64,000 nt of DNA from an uncultured Gammaproteobacteria bacterium (GCA_964536725.1 CAZHYJ010000001.1:53018-117017); one strand, 5' to 3'; positions 49,505-60,385 are shown, numbered from the stretch's first letter. Notes: generated by a model not told the origin, from the sequence alone. Numbers and translations are program-made.

Positions 49505-52500
49505 ATGAAAGACCTTATTCGCACTATAGACTTTGATGCCATTCGCTTGCGCTTGGCTTCTCCTGAAACAATTCGGGAATGGTCTTATGGTGAAGTAAAC
49601 AAACCAGAGACTATTAACTACCGTACGCAAAAACCAGAAAAAGGCGGTTTGTTTGCGGAAGAAATTTTTGGCCCAACCAAAGATTGGGAATGTTATTGTG
49701 GAAAATATAAAAAGATCCGTTACAAGGGAATCGTGTGTGATAAGTGTGGTGTAGAAGTAACTACTTCACTCGTGCGTCGTGAACGCATGGGTCACATCGA
49801 ACTCTCAGCACCGGTGTCACATATTTGGTTCTTACGCTCAGTGCCTTCCAAGGTTGGTTTGGTTTTGGATTTGTCGGTACAGGCCTTGGAAAAGGTTATT
49901 TACTTTGCCGCTTTCATCATCATGCACGTGGACGATAATGCTAAGAAACAGACAGTGGATTTGTTGCGTCAAGAGTACAAGACAAAAAAGAAACAGATCG
50001 AGCGTGAGCACGAGACCGCTATTAAAAATGCTAACGACCAAAAATTAGGTAAGGAAGCTTTGAGTGCGGTGCAGGAAGAAACTGAACGCAAGAACAAATC
50101 TTTGGATGAGGACTTCCAACAAGCCGATAAAGATTTGAAAGAGATTCAGATGATGAAAGTGATTTCGGAAAATAAATACCAAGATCTTTCTTTGCGCTTC
50201 GGTCATTTATTTGAAGCCGCAATTGGTGCGGAAGGTGTCTATCGTTTGCTCGAAAGAATTAATTTGGAAGAAACAATTAAACAAATTACCGCAGAACAGG
50301 AAAAATCCAAGGGTGCTAAACTAGAACGTCTAGTTCGTCGCAAGAAATTGTTGCGTAGTTTGGCTATCAATGGTATTCGTCCTGAGTGGATGATTATGCG
50401 TTGTATCCCAGTGATTCCACCAGATTTGCGCCCGATGGTTGCATTGGACGGTGGTCGTTTTGCCACTTCCGATTTGAATGATTTATATCGTCGTGTTATT
50501 AACCGCAACAATCGTTTGCGTCGGTTGCTTGAGCTTGATGCTCCAGAAGTTATCTGCCGCAACGAAAAGCGTATGTTGCAGGAAGCCGTTGATGCTTTGA
50601 TTGATAACAATGCGCGTCACTCCAAAACTGTTATTGCTGCTACCGGTCAGAAACGTCAGTTGCGTTCTCTTGCTGATATTTTAAAAGGTAAACAAGGCCG
50701 TTTCCGTCAGAACTTGCTTGGTAAGCGTGTGGACTATTCTGGTCGTTCGGTAATTGTGGTTGGTCCAACTTTAAATATTGATGAATGTGGTTTACCAAAA
50801 CGCATGGCTTTGGAATTGTTCAAACCGTTTATCATCGGTGAAATTATCAAACGTGAATTGGCACACAATGTTCGTTCTGCTTCGCGTTTTATCGAAGGCG
50901 AGCATGATGAAGTGTGGGATATTTTGGAAGAATTAACCAAAACCACGCGCGTGTTTTTAAACCGTGCTCCGACTTTGCATCGTCTTGGTATTCAAGCTTT
51001 TCACCCTCGTTTGGTGGAAGGTAAAGCTATTCATTTACATCCATTGGTTTGTACCGCTTTCAACGCGGACTTCGATGGCGATCAGATGGCTGTGCACTTA
51101 CCTTTGACTGTGGAAGCGCGCTGGGAAGCAGACAATTTAATGGCGGCAGAGAAAAATCTTTTGAAACCAGCTACAGGTCAGCCGGTAATTACTCCTAAAC
51201 AAGATATCGCTCTTGGTTGTTATTACCTCACTCGCATCGATAGTACCGACACTGCGGAAGTGAAAAAGTTTTTCTATTCCGAACGTGACGCCAAGTTGGC
51301 TTACAAAGTTCGCCGCGTGTCTTTACATGAACGTATCAAGGTGAAAATGGTGGAAACGATCAACAAGTTCCCTGAAGGGGAAAAATTATTGATCGAAACT
51401 ACAATCGGCCGCATCTTGTTCAATGAAATTTTGCCGGAAAAATTAAAATATTACAATGAGATTATCAACACCAAAAAGTTGGCTGAGATTATCCGTTATT
51501 GTTTGGAGTTCTACGACCAACAAGAGACCGCTTACTTCTTGGATGAATTGAAAAATCTTGGTTTCCGCTATGTTACCAAATCTGGTTACTCCTTGGGTTA
51601 TGCCGATTTCCCTTCAGTAAAAGAAAAGCCAGCGATTTTGGAAGGCGCGGATAAACAAGTGCGTGATTTGGAAGAGCAGTATCAAGAAGGTTTGTTAACA
51701 CAAGCCGAACGTTACGCTAAGATTTTGGAAATCTGGACAACTGCTAAAGAGAAAATTTTGGCACACAATCAAGAGATCTTGGACAAAAATGGTCCAGTAT
51801 TCGCCATGATCGATTCCGGTGCGCGTGGTACTTGGGGCCAGTTGGGTCAGGTGATCGGTATGAAAGGTATGGTGGTGTCACCTTCCGGTGATGTTATCGA
51901 GTTGCCAGTAAAGGGTAACTACAAAGACGGCTTTGATGTGTTGGAATACTTCATTTCTTCCCACGGTACCAGAAAAGGTTTGTCTGATACGGCCTTGCGT
52001 ACTGCCAACGCTGGTTACTTAACTCGTCGTTTGGTGGATGTGTCACAAGACGTGGTGGTGTTGGAAGAAGATTGTGGCGATACTACTGGTGAGGTGTTCA
52101 CCACGGAACAATCCAAACAGATGGGTGAAAAATTGTCCGATCGTGTTTGGGGTCGCTATGCTATGGCGGATGTGGTGGCTAATGGTAATGTCCTGGTCAA
52201 AGCCGGTGAGGTTATCGATGACAAGATTGCGCGTTTGATTGATGAGAACAATCTTGAATCTGTTCATGTACACAGTGTTTTACAATGTAAGTTGCCTAAG
52301 GGTGTTTGTCGCAAATGTTACGGCAACGACTTGGCACACAACCGTCCCGTAGAATTTGGTACGGCCGTTGGTACCATCGCCGCACAATCAATCGGTGAAC
52401 CAGGTACTCAGTTGACCTTGCGTACCTTCCACGCCGGTGGTGTGGCTGGTGGTGGTGATATTACCCAAGGTTTGCCACGCGTAGAAGAATTGTTTGAAAA

Positions 52501-53380
52501 TCGCATGCCAAAGCACAAGGCTATTTTATCTGAAGTAGCGGGCAAAGTAGAAGTGGAAGATGCCGACGGTAAGATTGTTACTTCGCCGACTGGTAAAAAG
52601 ATTTTTGAAGGCCGTCGTGGTCAGAAAATCTTGCGTGTGCACTTTGAAGGTATGGATGAGACCAAGATCAAAGTAACTGCTGAAGATGAAGTGATGGTCA
52701 AAGAAGGTACTACTGTTCAGAAAGATCAGGTGGTAGTAGTACGCGGTGCAACCGGTGAAGAAATTACTGCAAAATATTTGAGTGAGGTAAAGATTGTGAA
52801 GAACAATATCACCTTGTCTTACGTTGGTCCAAAGATTCGCGAATATATCGTACCGGCGGGGTATAAGATATTGGTTAGTGATGGTGATGTAATGGTAAAG
52901 GGACAACGCATGACCAATGGTAGTATTAGTTTGCAAGAATTGTTTGAACTTTCTGGTCGTCCAGCAGTACAACGCTATGTCTTGGAAGAAATTCAGAACA
53001 TCTACTCTTCTCAAGGTCAGAAAGTTAACGACAAACACGTCGAGCTTTTGATCAAACAAATGTTCTCACGTGTGTACGTAGAAGATGCGGGCGAAACTGA
53101 TTTGTTACCAGGTGAGGTAGTAGAAAAATCACAGTTGGAATTTGCCAATCGGTTGGCAAAGAAGAACGGTAGCAACTTGGCTACCGCACGCGAATTGCTT
53201 TTGGGCATCTCTCGTGTGGCGCTCTCTACTCAGAGCTTCTTGTCTTCTGCTTCGTTCCAAGAAACTGCCAAGGTTTTGATCAACAGCGCCATCACTGGTA
53301 AAGTTGACTACTTGGAAGGTTTGAAAGAGAATGTGATTATCGGTCGTTTGATCCCAGCGGGTACTGGGTTTAAACAATAG
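49505..53380 (+). CDS. rpoC: RNA polymerase beta' subunit
   Basis: NADFDGDQMAVH, Zn-binding motifs. Confidence 0.98.
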   Translation: MKDLIRTIDFDAIRLRLASPETIREWSYGEVNKPETINYRTQKPEKGGLFAEEIFGPTKDWECYCGKYKKIRYKGIVCDKCGVEVTTSLVRRERMGHIELSAPVSHIWFLRSVPSKVGLVLDLSVQALEKVIYFAAFIIMHVDDNAKKQTVDLLRQEYKTKKKQIEREHETAIKNANDQKLGKEALSAVQEETERKNKSLDEDFQQADKDLKEIQMMKVISENKYQDLSLRFGHLFEAAIGAEGVYRLLERINLEETIKQITAEQEKSKGAKLERLVRRKKLLRSLAINGIRPEWMIMRCIPVIPPDLRPMVALDGGRFATSDLNDLYRRVINRNNRLRRLLELDAPEVICRNEKRMLQEAVDALIDNNARHSKTVIAATGQKRQLRSLADILKGKQGRFRQNLLGKRVDYSGRSVIVVGPTLNIDECGLPKRMALELFKPFIIGEIIKRELAHNVRSASRFIEGEHDEVWDILEELTKTTRVFLNRAPTLHRLGIQAFHPRLVEGKAIHLHPLVCTAFNADFDGDQMAVHLPLTVEARWEADNLMAAEKNLLKPATGQPVITPKQDIALGCYYLTRIDSTDTAEVKKFFYSERDAKLAYKVRRVSLHERIKVKMVETINKFPEGEKLLIETTIGRILFNEILPEKLKYYNEIINTKKLAEIIRYCLEFYDQQETAYFLDELKNLGFRYVTKSGYSLGYADFPSVKEKPAILEGADKQVRDLEEQYQEGLLTQAERYAKILEIWTTAKEKILAHNQEILDKNGPVFAMIDSGARGTWGQLGQVIGMKGMVVSPSGDVIELPVKGNYKDGFDVLEYFISSHGTRKGLSDTALRTANAGYLTRRLVDVSQDVVVLEEDCGDTTGEVFTTEQSKQMGEKLSDRVWGRYAMADVVANGNVLVKAGEVIDDKIARLIDENNLESVHVHSVLQCKLPKGVCRKCYGNDLAHNRPVEFGTAVGTIAAQSIGEPGTQLTLRTFHAGGVAGGGDITQGLPRVEELFENRMPKHKAILSEVAGKVEVEDADGKIVTSPTGKKIFEGRRGQKILRVHFEGMDETKIKVTAEDEVMVKEGTTVQKDQVVVVRGATGEEITAKYLSEVKIVKNNITLSYVGPKIREYIVPAGYKILVSDGDVMVKGQRMTNGSISLQELFELSGRPAVQRYVLEEIQNIYSSQGQKVNDKHVELLIKQMFSRVYVEDAGETDLLPGEVVEKSQLEFANRLAKKNGSNLATARELLLGISRVALSTQSFLSSASFQETAKVLINSAITGKVDYLEGLKENVIIGRLIPAGTGFKQ

Positions 53381-53521
53381 GGAACATACAAAACAGTGAA
53401 AGGCCTCGACGTAAGTCGGGGTCTTTTTTAATCTTGATATTTTTTTGATTTTGTGATAAAACGTGAATAGTTAATTGGACTTCAGTTGGTTATCTAAACC
53501 ATTGGAAGTTGGGAGGAAGGT

Positions 53522-54232
53522 GTGAAGGTACGAAACTTGGTATCAAAGGTTACTGAATGGGGAACATGGAGTGGACTGCGTGAATGGACGCGCGGTATCC
53601 TGCACTTCTATGTGGGATTGGCTGCGTGGGCCGTTCTGCACCCACTTTACCGAGACGACGAGACGGTGACGTGGTCGCTTATCGTCGTTGGCGGCGCATT
53701 CTCGCTCGCGGAAGGAGCGAGGATTGCTGTGTCGAAAAGTCGGGGGACGGTGTGGTTCACTCGTTTTCTCAAATGGCTCAATCACGGATTTGCCGAAAGG
53801 CTGTTCGTGCGTGAGTCAGAGAAGTTCGGGTTCACCACCACTTTCCAGACCATTCTGGGCTGCACACTGGCGTGGATGTTGTGTCCGCGCTGGATCTGTG
53901 CCCTGAGCGGTCTGCTGCTCGGACTCTGCGATCCGCTCGCGAAGTTCGGCAAACACTGCCAGATCTATCAGTTTCCAAACAGAAAGTCGCTCGGTGGAGC
54001 ACTGTTTGGATTGGCTGGTGGTGCAGCTGGCTGTGCTCTGATTGTGGTGGTTCAGAGTTTCATCCCGCTATTTCCCGCCCATTTGGGTGCTGGACACATC
54101 GCTGCGGTATATGCCGTGGGGTTGGTGTTTGCACCCGTGCTCGAGCTGATCGGTGGCAAATGGGACAACTTCCTGATTGTCAGCGGATCAGCGTTCCTCA
54201 TGACCCTCGCCTCGTTGTACATTCCCATCTAG
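53522..54232 (+). CDS. Membrane protein, phytol/dolichol kinase-CTP transferase-like; elevated GC
   Basis: RGILH, DPLA..G, KSLGG, DNFLI. Confidence 0.6.
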   Translation: MKVRNLVSKVTEWGTWSGLREWTRGILHFYVGLAAWAVLHPLYRDDETVTWSLIVVGGAFSLAEGARIAVSKSRGTVWFTRFLKWLNHGFAERLFVRESEKFGFTTTFQTILGCTLAWMLCPRWICALSGLLLGLCDPLAKFGKHCQIYQFPNRKSLGGALFGLAGGAAGCALIVVVQSFIPLFPAHLGAGHIAAVYAVGLVFAPVLELIGGKWDNFLIVSGSAFLMTLASLYIPI

Positions 54233-54310
54233 ATACGCCGTGGTTTCGACCGCGGCGTTCCTGTTTTTAAGCTTGTTTTTTATCTTTTTTTAGGGTAAGA
54301 TTAGGGTTGT

Positions 54311-56152
54311 ATGCGTATTAAACAAACTATCTTTTTGGTATTAAGCGGATGCTTGGCTCTAGGGGCCGGATTGCTTGGTTTTTGGTTTGGTCCGGAGGTT
54401 GGGAAATATACCCAAAATTTGCCGGAGCCAGCTTTAGCGGAAACGACTGGCCCAAACTCCGCCAACGTAATTTCCACCGTCTTTGCTTCGGAAGAAATGT
54501 ACAAAGACTTTTTTGCTTACCCGCGCTCGATTGTTGCTCCAACAAATACAGTAATGTCATTGGTTCTGCCCCATCATTTGGTGGCTGGTAGTTATGTTGC
54601 CGGTGTTTTTGAAGGGGTAAAAAATTCTCGTCCACCGGTGGTAGTGGTGATTGGTCCAAACCATCAACAAGCCGGTGGTAGTTTTGTTTTATCTACCAAA
54701 TTAGGGTGGCAGACAATGGGCGGTGTGCTTTCATCCAATTCTCAAGTTATCGACTCATTAGTGGCGAGTAATTTAGTTGGTATTGATGATGCGGTTTTAA
54801 CCAACGAACACAGCGTGGGTGCTTTGGCGCCGTTTATCAAAAACACCTGGCCTAGTACAAAAATCGTACCGCTGGTAATTAAAAATATTAAAAATGATGA
54901 ATTAGCGGATGGACTAGCTTCAAAGTTGTATGAAGTTTTACCGGTTGGCAGTTTGGTAATTGCCAGTGTAGATTTTTCCCACTATCTACCCAAAACAGTC
55001 GCGAATTTTCATGATGATTTGTCGATCAATGTTTTGAGTACTGGTGATATGGGGCGAATTAAAAAAATGGAGATTGATAGTCAAAACAGTATTCGTGCTT
55101 TGTTAAAATACAACAGTATTGTCGGGGCACAAAGATTTACTTTGGCATATCACACCAACAGCGCGGATATTATGAATAGTGACCTGGCCGAAACCACCTC
55201 GCATGTGTTGGGATATTTTACTCGTGAGACTCGTGCGGAACAGCCAATGATTTCTTTGCAGTTGTTTGGTGATATGATGATAGAGCGAAGTGTGGAAAGG
55301 AATTTTGGTAAGAGTGGTTTGGATTATGTTTTTAAAAATTTAAAGGGTCAAGAAAACAGATTCTTTTATGGCGTGGATTTGTTGTTGGCCAACTTAGAAG
55401 GTCCATTTGCCCCCGCGCGTGTTCCGACCACCAAGTCAATCGCTTTTCGTTTTAATCCGGATTTAGCACCACAGTTAAAGCGTTACGGTTTTACCGGTTT
55501 TTCTTTGTCCAACAACCATGGGTTAGATATGGGTTTCAAAAATTACGATTTTACGAAGAAAATTTTAACCGATAATGGTTTGACATATTTTGGTCATCAG
55601 ACTAAAGAGGGAGCGGAATACACTTGGGTTGCCGGTGAAAAAGAAGGGTTACCAGAAAAGGTGGCGTTTATTGGTATCAACAATACTGACCATCCGCTAA
55701 ATATGGCCAAGGTAAAAAGTGCAATTGATGCGGCCAAAAAAGAAGCGCGGTATGTTATCGTCTACGCGCATTGGGGCAATGAATATCAGCGCATTTCTCA
55801 CCAGACCCAAAGAGATCTAGGTCATTGGTTGATTGATAACGGGGTGACGGCAGTGGTTGGTATGCATCCGCATGTTATTCAAGAGATGGAAATTTACAAA
55901 GGCCAGCCAATTTTTTACTCTTTAGGCAACTTTGTTTTTGATCAATATTTTTCCAAAGATACTCAAGAAGGCGTGAGCGTTGGGTTGAATTTGCAAGACG
56001 GGCAGGTGAAGGATGTATATGTTTTTCCTTTTTACGGCGTTAAGTCACAGGACAGTTTAATGAGTGGAAAACGTCAAACGGATTTCTTTACCTGGTGGAA
56101 TAAAAACAGCCGACTGGGTGAGAAGACTTTTGAAAATAATAAATTAAAATAA
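54311..56152 (+). CDS. MEMO1 (AmmeMemoRadiSam B)-CapA fusion protein
   Basis: PHH, IGPNH, EHS, ASVDFSHY; then GDMM, NLEGP, NNH, HWGNEY, HPHV, YSLGNFVFDQ. Confidence 0.88.
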   Translation: MRIKQTIFLVLSGCLALGAGLLGFWFGPEVGKYTQNLPEPALAETTGPNSANVISTVFASEEMYKDFFAYPRSIVAPTNTVMSLVLPHHLVAGSYVAGVFEGVKNSRPPVVVVIGPNHQQAGGSFVLSTKLGWQTMGGVLSSNSQVIDSLVASNLVGIDDAVLTNEHSVGALAPFIKNTWPSTKIVPLVIKNIKNDELADGLASKLYEVLPVGSLVIASVDFSHYLPKTVANFHDDLSINVLSTGDMGRIKKMEIDSQNSIRALLKYNSIVGAQRFTLAYHTNSADIMNSDLAETTSHVLGYFTRETRAEQPMISLQLFGDMMIERSVERNFGKSGLDYVFKNLKGQENRFFYGVDLLLANLEGPFAPARVPTTKSIAFRFNPDLAPQLKRYGFTGFSLSNNHGLDMGFKNYDFTKKILTDNGLTYFGHQTKEGAEYTWVAGEKEGLPEKVAFIGINNTDHPLNMAKVKSAIDAAKKEARYVIVYAHWGNEYQRISHQTQRDLGHWLIDNGVTAVVGMHPHVIQEMEIYKGQPIFYSLGNFVFDQYFSKDTQEGVSVGLNLQDGQVKDVYVFPFYGVKSQDSLMSGKRQTDFFTWWNKNSRLGEKTFENNKLK

Positions 56153-56258
56153 AGAAATTATACGTTTGATATTTTTTGAGCGGGTTATGAGGCCAAGGCC
56201 TCATCCCTGAGGCTTCGCAGCCGAGGAAAGCGAAAAAATTATCAGACGTATAATTTCT
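56153..56258. repeat. Palindromic intergenic repeat, family P2 (inverted copy)
   Basis: Reverse complement aligns to 45439-45548. Confidence 0.8.
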
Positions 56259-56271
56259 AAAACATTATTCT

Positions 56272-57006
56272 ATGTCCGGACATTCTAAATGGCACAATAT
56301 CCAAGCGCGCAAAGGAAAGCAAGATGCCAAACGAGGTAACATCTTTTCTTTGTATGCCAAGAAAATCACTATTGCCACCAAAAGTGGCGGCGGTGATCCA
56401 ACGATGAATTTTTCTTTACGGATTTTAATTGATAAGGCTAAGGAGGCGGGGATGCCAAAAGACGGGATTGATCGCGCCATCAAGCGCGGAACAGGTGAAT
56501 CAGGAGAGAGTGCCCAAATCGAAGAGTGTTTGTATGAGGGTTATGCTCCAGGTGGAGTGGCGATTTTGGTTAAGACTTTGAGTGATAACAAGAATCGAAC
56601 AGTGGCGGATATTAAACATATTTTAAGTACACGCGGCGGTTCGATGGGCGGGTCTGGGAGTGTTGCTTGGATGTTTAATGAGTGGGGTTTGATCACGGTG
56701 GCAAGTGAAAAATTTAAAAATGATAAATTAAATCGTGAAGAATTAGAATTGGCTTTGATTGAAGTCGGAGCGGAAGATATTACGGAAGAGGACGAGGAAG
56801 TGGAGATAAAAACAAAGGTGGAAAATTTACAAAAGGTAGTTAACAAATTAAAAGAACTGGGTGTTGAGCCGGACGAAGATGGTTTAGGTTGGGTAGCTAA
56901 AGACAAAGTGCCAGTGTCGAAAGAAAACCAGGCCAAGTTGTCCGCGCTTTTTACGGCGTTAGAGGAAAACGATGATGTGGAAGAATATTTTACTAACGCA
57001 GAGTGA
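56272..57006 (+). CDS. YebC/PmpR family protein
   Basis: MSGHSKWHNI, YEGYAPGG, DNKNRT. Confidence 0.95.
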   Translation: MSGHSKWHNIQARKGKQDAKRGNIFSLYAKKITIATKSGGGDPTMNFSLRILIDKAKEAGMPKDGIDRAIKRGTGESGESAQIEECLYEGYAPGGVAILVKTLSDNKNRTVADIKHILSTRGGSMGGSGSVAWMFNEWGLITVASEKFKNDKLNREELELALIEVGAEDITEEDEEVEIKTKVENLQKVVNKLKELGVEPDEDGLGWVAKDKVPVSKENQAKLSALFTALEENDDVEEYFTNAE

Positions 57007-57075
57007 TATATTAAGATATATTTTCATTCATTCGGAAAAGCAAACAAGTTTGCTTTTCACTCATTCATTTTAAAT

Positions 57076-57585
57076 ATGAAATTGCCCGAAATAATTTTGG
57101 GAGTTGATCCGGGTTTTGGGCGCATGGGTTGGGGGGTAATAAAACAGGAAAAAAATAATACCTGGCGGGCATTGGATTGGGGTTGTGTAAAAACAACACC
57201 CAATAGTGTGTTGTCTGATCGGTTGATGATTTTACGTGATGAATTAAAAGCAGTGATTAAAAAATATCAGCCAACTAGTGCTGCCGTGGAACAGTTGTTT
57301 TTCTTTAATAACGCCAAGACGGCGATGGATGTAGGACAGGCACGAGGGGTAATATTGTTAACGATAATTGATGCAGGTATGAAAGTGGCAGAGTTTACAC
57401 CATTGCAGGTAAAGCAGGCGACTACAGGGTATGGTCGAGCGGAGAAAGGGCAGATGCAAAAGATGGTGGCAGTAATTTTAGGACTAAAAGAAAAGATAAA
57501 ATCCGACGACGCGGCCGATGCGCTCGCTATTGCCTTGTGTGCCGCGCAAAGTCAAAAATGGAATTTAATGTGTGGAAAAAAATAA
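57076..57585 (+). CDS. ruvC: Holliday junction resolvase RuvC
   Basis: ILGVDPG, VEQLFF, GYGRAEK, DDAADALA. Confidence 0.95.
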   Translation: MKLPEIILGVDPGFGRMGWGVIKQEKNNTWRALDWGCVKTTPNSVLSDRLMILRDELKAVIKKYQPTSAAVEQLFFFNNAKTAMDVGQARGVILLTIIDAGMKVAEFTPLQVKQATTGYGRAEKGQMQKMVAVILGLKEKIKSDDAADALAIALCAAQSQKWNLMCGKK

Positions 57586-58033
57586 TTTTGTAATTTTACT
57601 TCCGAGTATTCGTAGTGCCCACAATGTTGGTGCTATGTTTCGGACTGCCGACGGCGCCGGGGTTGATAAATTGTATCTAACCGGATTCACACCGACACCA
57701 CCCCATCCCCGCTTGGACAAAGTTTCTTTAGGGGCAGAAAAATGGATGGCTTGGGAGTATGTAAAACAGCCAGTACGGTTGTTAAAAAAATTAAAAGCGG
57801 AGGGGTATGAAATTGTCGCTTTGGAGCAAACCAAAAAAAGTGTTAATATATATGAGTGGCAACCAAAGTTTCCGACAGTGTTGATTGTGGGAAATGAAAA
57901 AACCGGTGTGACAAAAAATATGTTAAAATATTGTGACACGGAAGTCGAACTACCAATGCGCGGGAAAAAGAATAGTTTGAACGTCAGTGTTGCTGCTGGT
58001 ATTGCCATGTATTATATTAGTAATTTTAAATAA
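57572..58033 (+). CDS. TrmH/SpoU family RNA methyltransferase
   Basis: NVGAMFRTAD, GNEKTG, SLNVSVA. Confidence 0.92.
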   Translation: MEKNNFVILLPSIRSAHNVGAMFRTADGAGVDKLYLTGFTPTPPHPRLDKVSLGAEKWMAWEYVKQPVRLLKKLKAEGYEIVALEQTKKSVNIYEWQPKFPTVLIVGNEKTGVTKNMLKYCDTEVELPMRGKKNSLNVSVAAGIAMYYISNFK

Positions 58034-58038
58034 TTTTT

Positions 58039-58758
58039 ATGCAATCAACCATTTCACTATTCCGTTATCTTTATGAACATTTGCCTCCGCTTTTTCTCGA
58101 AGAGGACAAGGCAAAGATGAAGCACGCTTTGGAGCATTTAGAAAATGATCCAACGGTGCCGATAGATTCGTTGGAAGATATGATGGTGGCCTTTGGATAT
58201 TTGGTTTGGCCATGGACACAAGCACACCAAGAATTTCTAGCGTTAGCTGAAGGTGAAGTGGGGGAACACTTTTTGTTGCCACGGTTATCACCAGGTTTAC
58301 AGGAGAAATATATTGAGTTCAAAGCTTATGGCGGAACACTGCGTGATATGCATTCGGGTCGGTCAGCAGAGTATTTTGAAAGCGAAGAACGCAACGAGTT
58401 GTGTGTAGCTTTCGTTGGTATGCAAAACGACCTGCGTGATTTTGTTGATCGTAAAGTGGTAGGAATGGAAAAGAAAAAATATTTACAACGCGTGGAAGAT
58501 TTTAAAAAGGTGTTGAAAGAGATTAGGGGGAAGCTAGATGAAATGGTAGTGTTGTCCGAGCGCGAACAGGATCACCCAAATTTGGCTAACGAAATTAGAG
58601 AGCGGGTACGGATGTTTGAACATGGCTTGTGTCATTTAGCACCTTCACCTGATCACGAGGCAGTGTGCCGGTCGGTAGATTTTTTTCACGAAAGAAAAAA
58701 AGATTTGAATCGTATGCGTGGGACACATTTGGTTCCGGAGATTGATTTTTACACTTAA
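58039..58758 (+). CDS. Hypothetical protein
   Basis: 239 aa ORF in operon. Confidence 0.7.
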   Translation: MQSTISLFRYLYEHLPPLFLEEDKAKMKHALEHLENDPTVPIDSLEDMMVAFGYLVWPWTQAHQEFLALAEGEVGEHFLLPRLSPGLQEKYIEFKAYGGTLRDMHSGRSAEYFESEERNELCVAFVGMQNDLRDFVDRKVVGMEKKKYLQRVEDFKKVLKEIRGKLDEMVVLSEREQDHPNLANEIRERVRMFEHGLCHLAPSPDHEAVCRSVDFFHERKKDLNRMRGTHLVPEIDFYT

Positions 58759-58762
58759 TTAT

Positions 58763-59281
58763 ATGAAACCGATACTCCTAGTTATTGCCCATGAAGGTTT
58801 TCAACCGGTGGAATATGATGTGCCAAAGAGAGCGTTGCTCACTTCTGGTTTTGAGGTTAAAACCGCTAGCGATTTGCTCGGCACGGCAATTTCAGCGATT
58901 GATCAAGAAGAGGCTGAAGTGGATCTAACTTTGGATAGTGTAGCGGTTAGTGATTACGATGGTATTTTTTTTATCGGCGGTCCAGGCGCCTTGGAGTTTT
59001 TAAATAACGAAAAATCATATCGAGTAATTCAAGAGGCGGCTAAGGAGTGTAAGGTGTGGGGAGCAATTTGTATCTCTCCGCGTATTTTGGCTGAAGCAGG
59101 TGTCCTGAAAGGAAGAAAAGCCACTGGTTGGGATGATGATGGCGAGTTGGTCGGAATATTGTCTGGTGTTGGTGCAGAATATATTAAGGAACCAGTAGTA
59201 GTTGATGGAAATTTAATTACTGCTAGTGGTCCAGCTGCGGCGGAGGAATTTGGAAGAGAAATTGTAAGAGTATTAAAATAA
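58763..59281 (+). CDS. DJ-1/PfpI family protein
   Basis: GFQPVE, GGPGA, AICISP, VVVDGNLITA; ATG at 58763. Confidence 0.9.
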   Translation: MKPILLVIAHEGFQPVEYDVPKRALLTSGFEVKTASDLLGTAISAIDQEEAEVDLTLDSVAVSDYDGIFFIGGPGALEFLNNEKSYRVIQEAAKECKVWGAICISPRILAEAGVLKGRKATGWDDDGELVGILSGVGAEYIKEPVVVDGNLITASGPAAAEEFGREIVRVLK

Positions 59282-59285
59282 CGAT

Positions 59286-60320
59286 ATGGTTACTTGGAAA
59301 GAAATCAAAGACGATAGTAGTGCCCGTTGGCGCATTGAGAAAAAAGCGGAGATAATAAAATCTATCCGCGAGTTTTTTTGGTCACAAGATTTTATCGAAC
59401 CTACCACACCGGTGGCAGTTTACAAAATGATCCAGGAAAAATATCTCCAACCCGTGCCGATTAAATTTCATAATCCAAACGGAAAGGAGTTTCCCTTTGT
59501 TTTAGTTACGTCACCTGAGATTGGTTTGAAAAAATTGTTAGGTGCTGGTCTATCAAAAATTTTTCAAGTGTGTCCGGTCTTTCGTGATTATGAAGATTTT
59601 GGCCATACGCATAATCCAGAATTTTTAATGTTAGAATGGTATCGTTCGCCGGGTGGTCTAACAGCAATTATGGATGACACGGAAAACATGGTGAAGTTTA
59701 TCGCCCAGAAAATTGGGGTAGAGAAAATTAAAGTGGGTGACAAGGAAGTCAACTTGTTGATCGAATGGGAGAGAATTAGTATGAAAGATTTGTGGAAGAA
59801 ACTTTTGGATGTAAATTTGGATGATTATCTAACCGATGAGACAATGGCCGAACTGGCTAGATCTTTAGGATACAATGTCAAAGTAGGTGAGGCCTATGAA
59901 AACAGTTTTTACGAAATATTTTTAAACAAAGTTGAGCCATTTTTGGGTGCTGAGCGACCGGTGATGATTTACGACTACCCTTTACCAATGTCAGCGTTGT
60001 GTAGGCCCAACCCAAGCGATCCACGCTATGTAGAGCGTTCGGAGTGTTATATCGCCGGCCTGGAGCTTTCCAACGCCTATGGCGAGCTGGTGGACGTTGT
60101 GGAACAGTCTAAGAGGATGCAAGAGAGCTACGATTGTCGGATAAAAAACAATTTGGCATTAACACCAATAGACGAAGATTTCAATGTGGCGGTGGGGGAG
60201 ATAAAATCAGCGGGTGGGATTGCTTTGGGGGTAGATCGGTTAGTGATGCTCCTTACTGAAGCCAAAGATATTAACGATGTAATTTTTGAATCAGTAGCAG
60301 ATCAGGTGGAGAGAGAATAA
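59286..60320 (+). CDS. epmA: EF-P lysine aminoacylase (GenX/EpmA-like)
   Basis: TSPE..LKKLL, HNPEFLMLEWY, GIALGVDRL; no anticodon-binding domain. Confidence 0.8.
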   Translation: MVTWKEIKDDSSARWRIEKKAEIIKSIREFFWSQDFIEPTTPVAVYKMIQEKYLQPVPIKFHNPNGKEFPFVLVTSPEIGLKKLLGAGLSKIFQVCPVFRDYEDFGHTHNPEFLMLEWYRSPGGLTAIMDDTENMVKFIAQKIGVEKIKVGDKEVNLLIEWERISMKDLWKKLLDVNLDDYLTDETMAELARSLGYNVKVGEAYENSFYEIFLNKVEPFLGAERPVMIYDYPLPMSALCRPNPSDPRYVERSECYIAGLELSNAYGELVDVVEQSKRMQESYDCRIKNNLALTPIDEDFNVAVGEIKSAGGIALGVDRLVMLLTEAKDINDVIFESVADQVERE

Positions 60321-60385
60321 AAGTACTATAATAAAATATCCCAGACTAAGCTAGCTGGGATATTTTATTTACAGTCATTATCGTC

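Noticed and set aside
46049-53380. Numerous antisense ORFs in rpoB/rpoC, pnp, nrdJ and guaB
   Set aside because: Expected shadow ORFs of long conserved genes.
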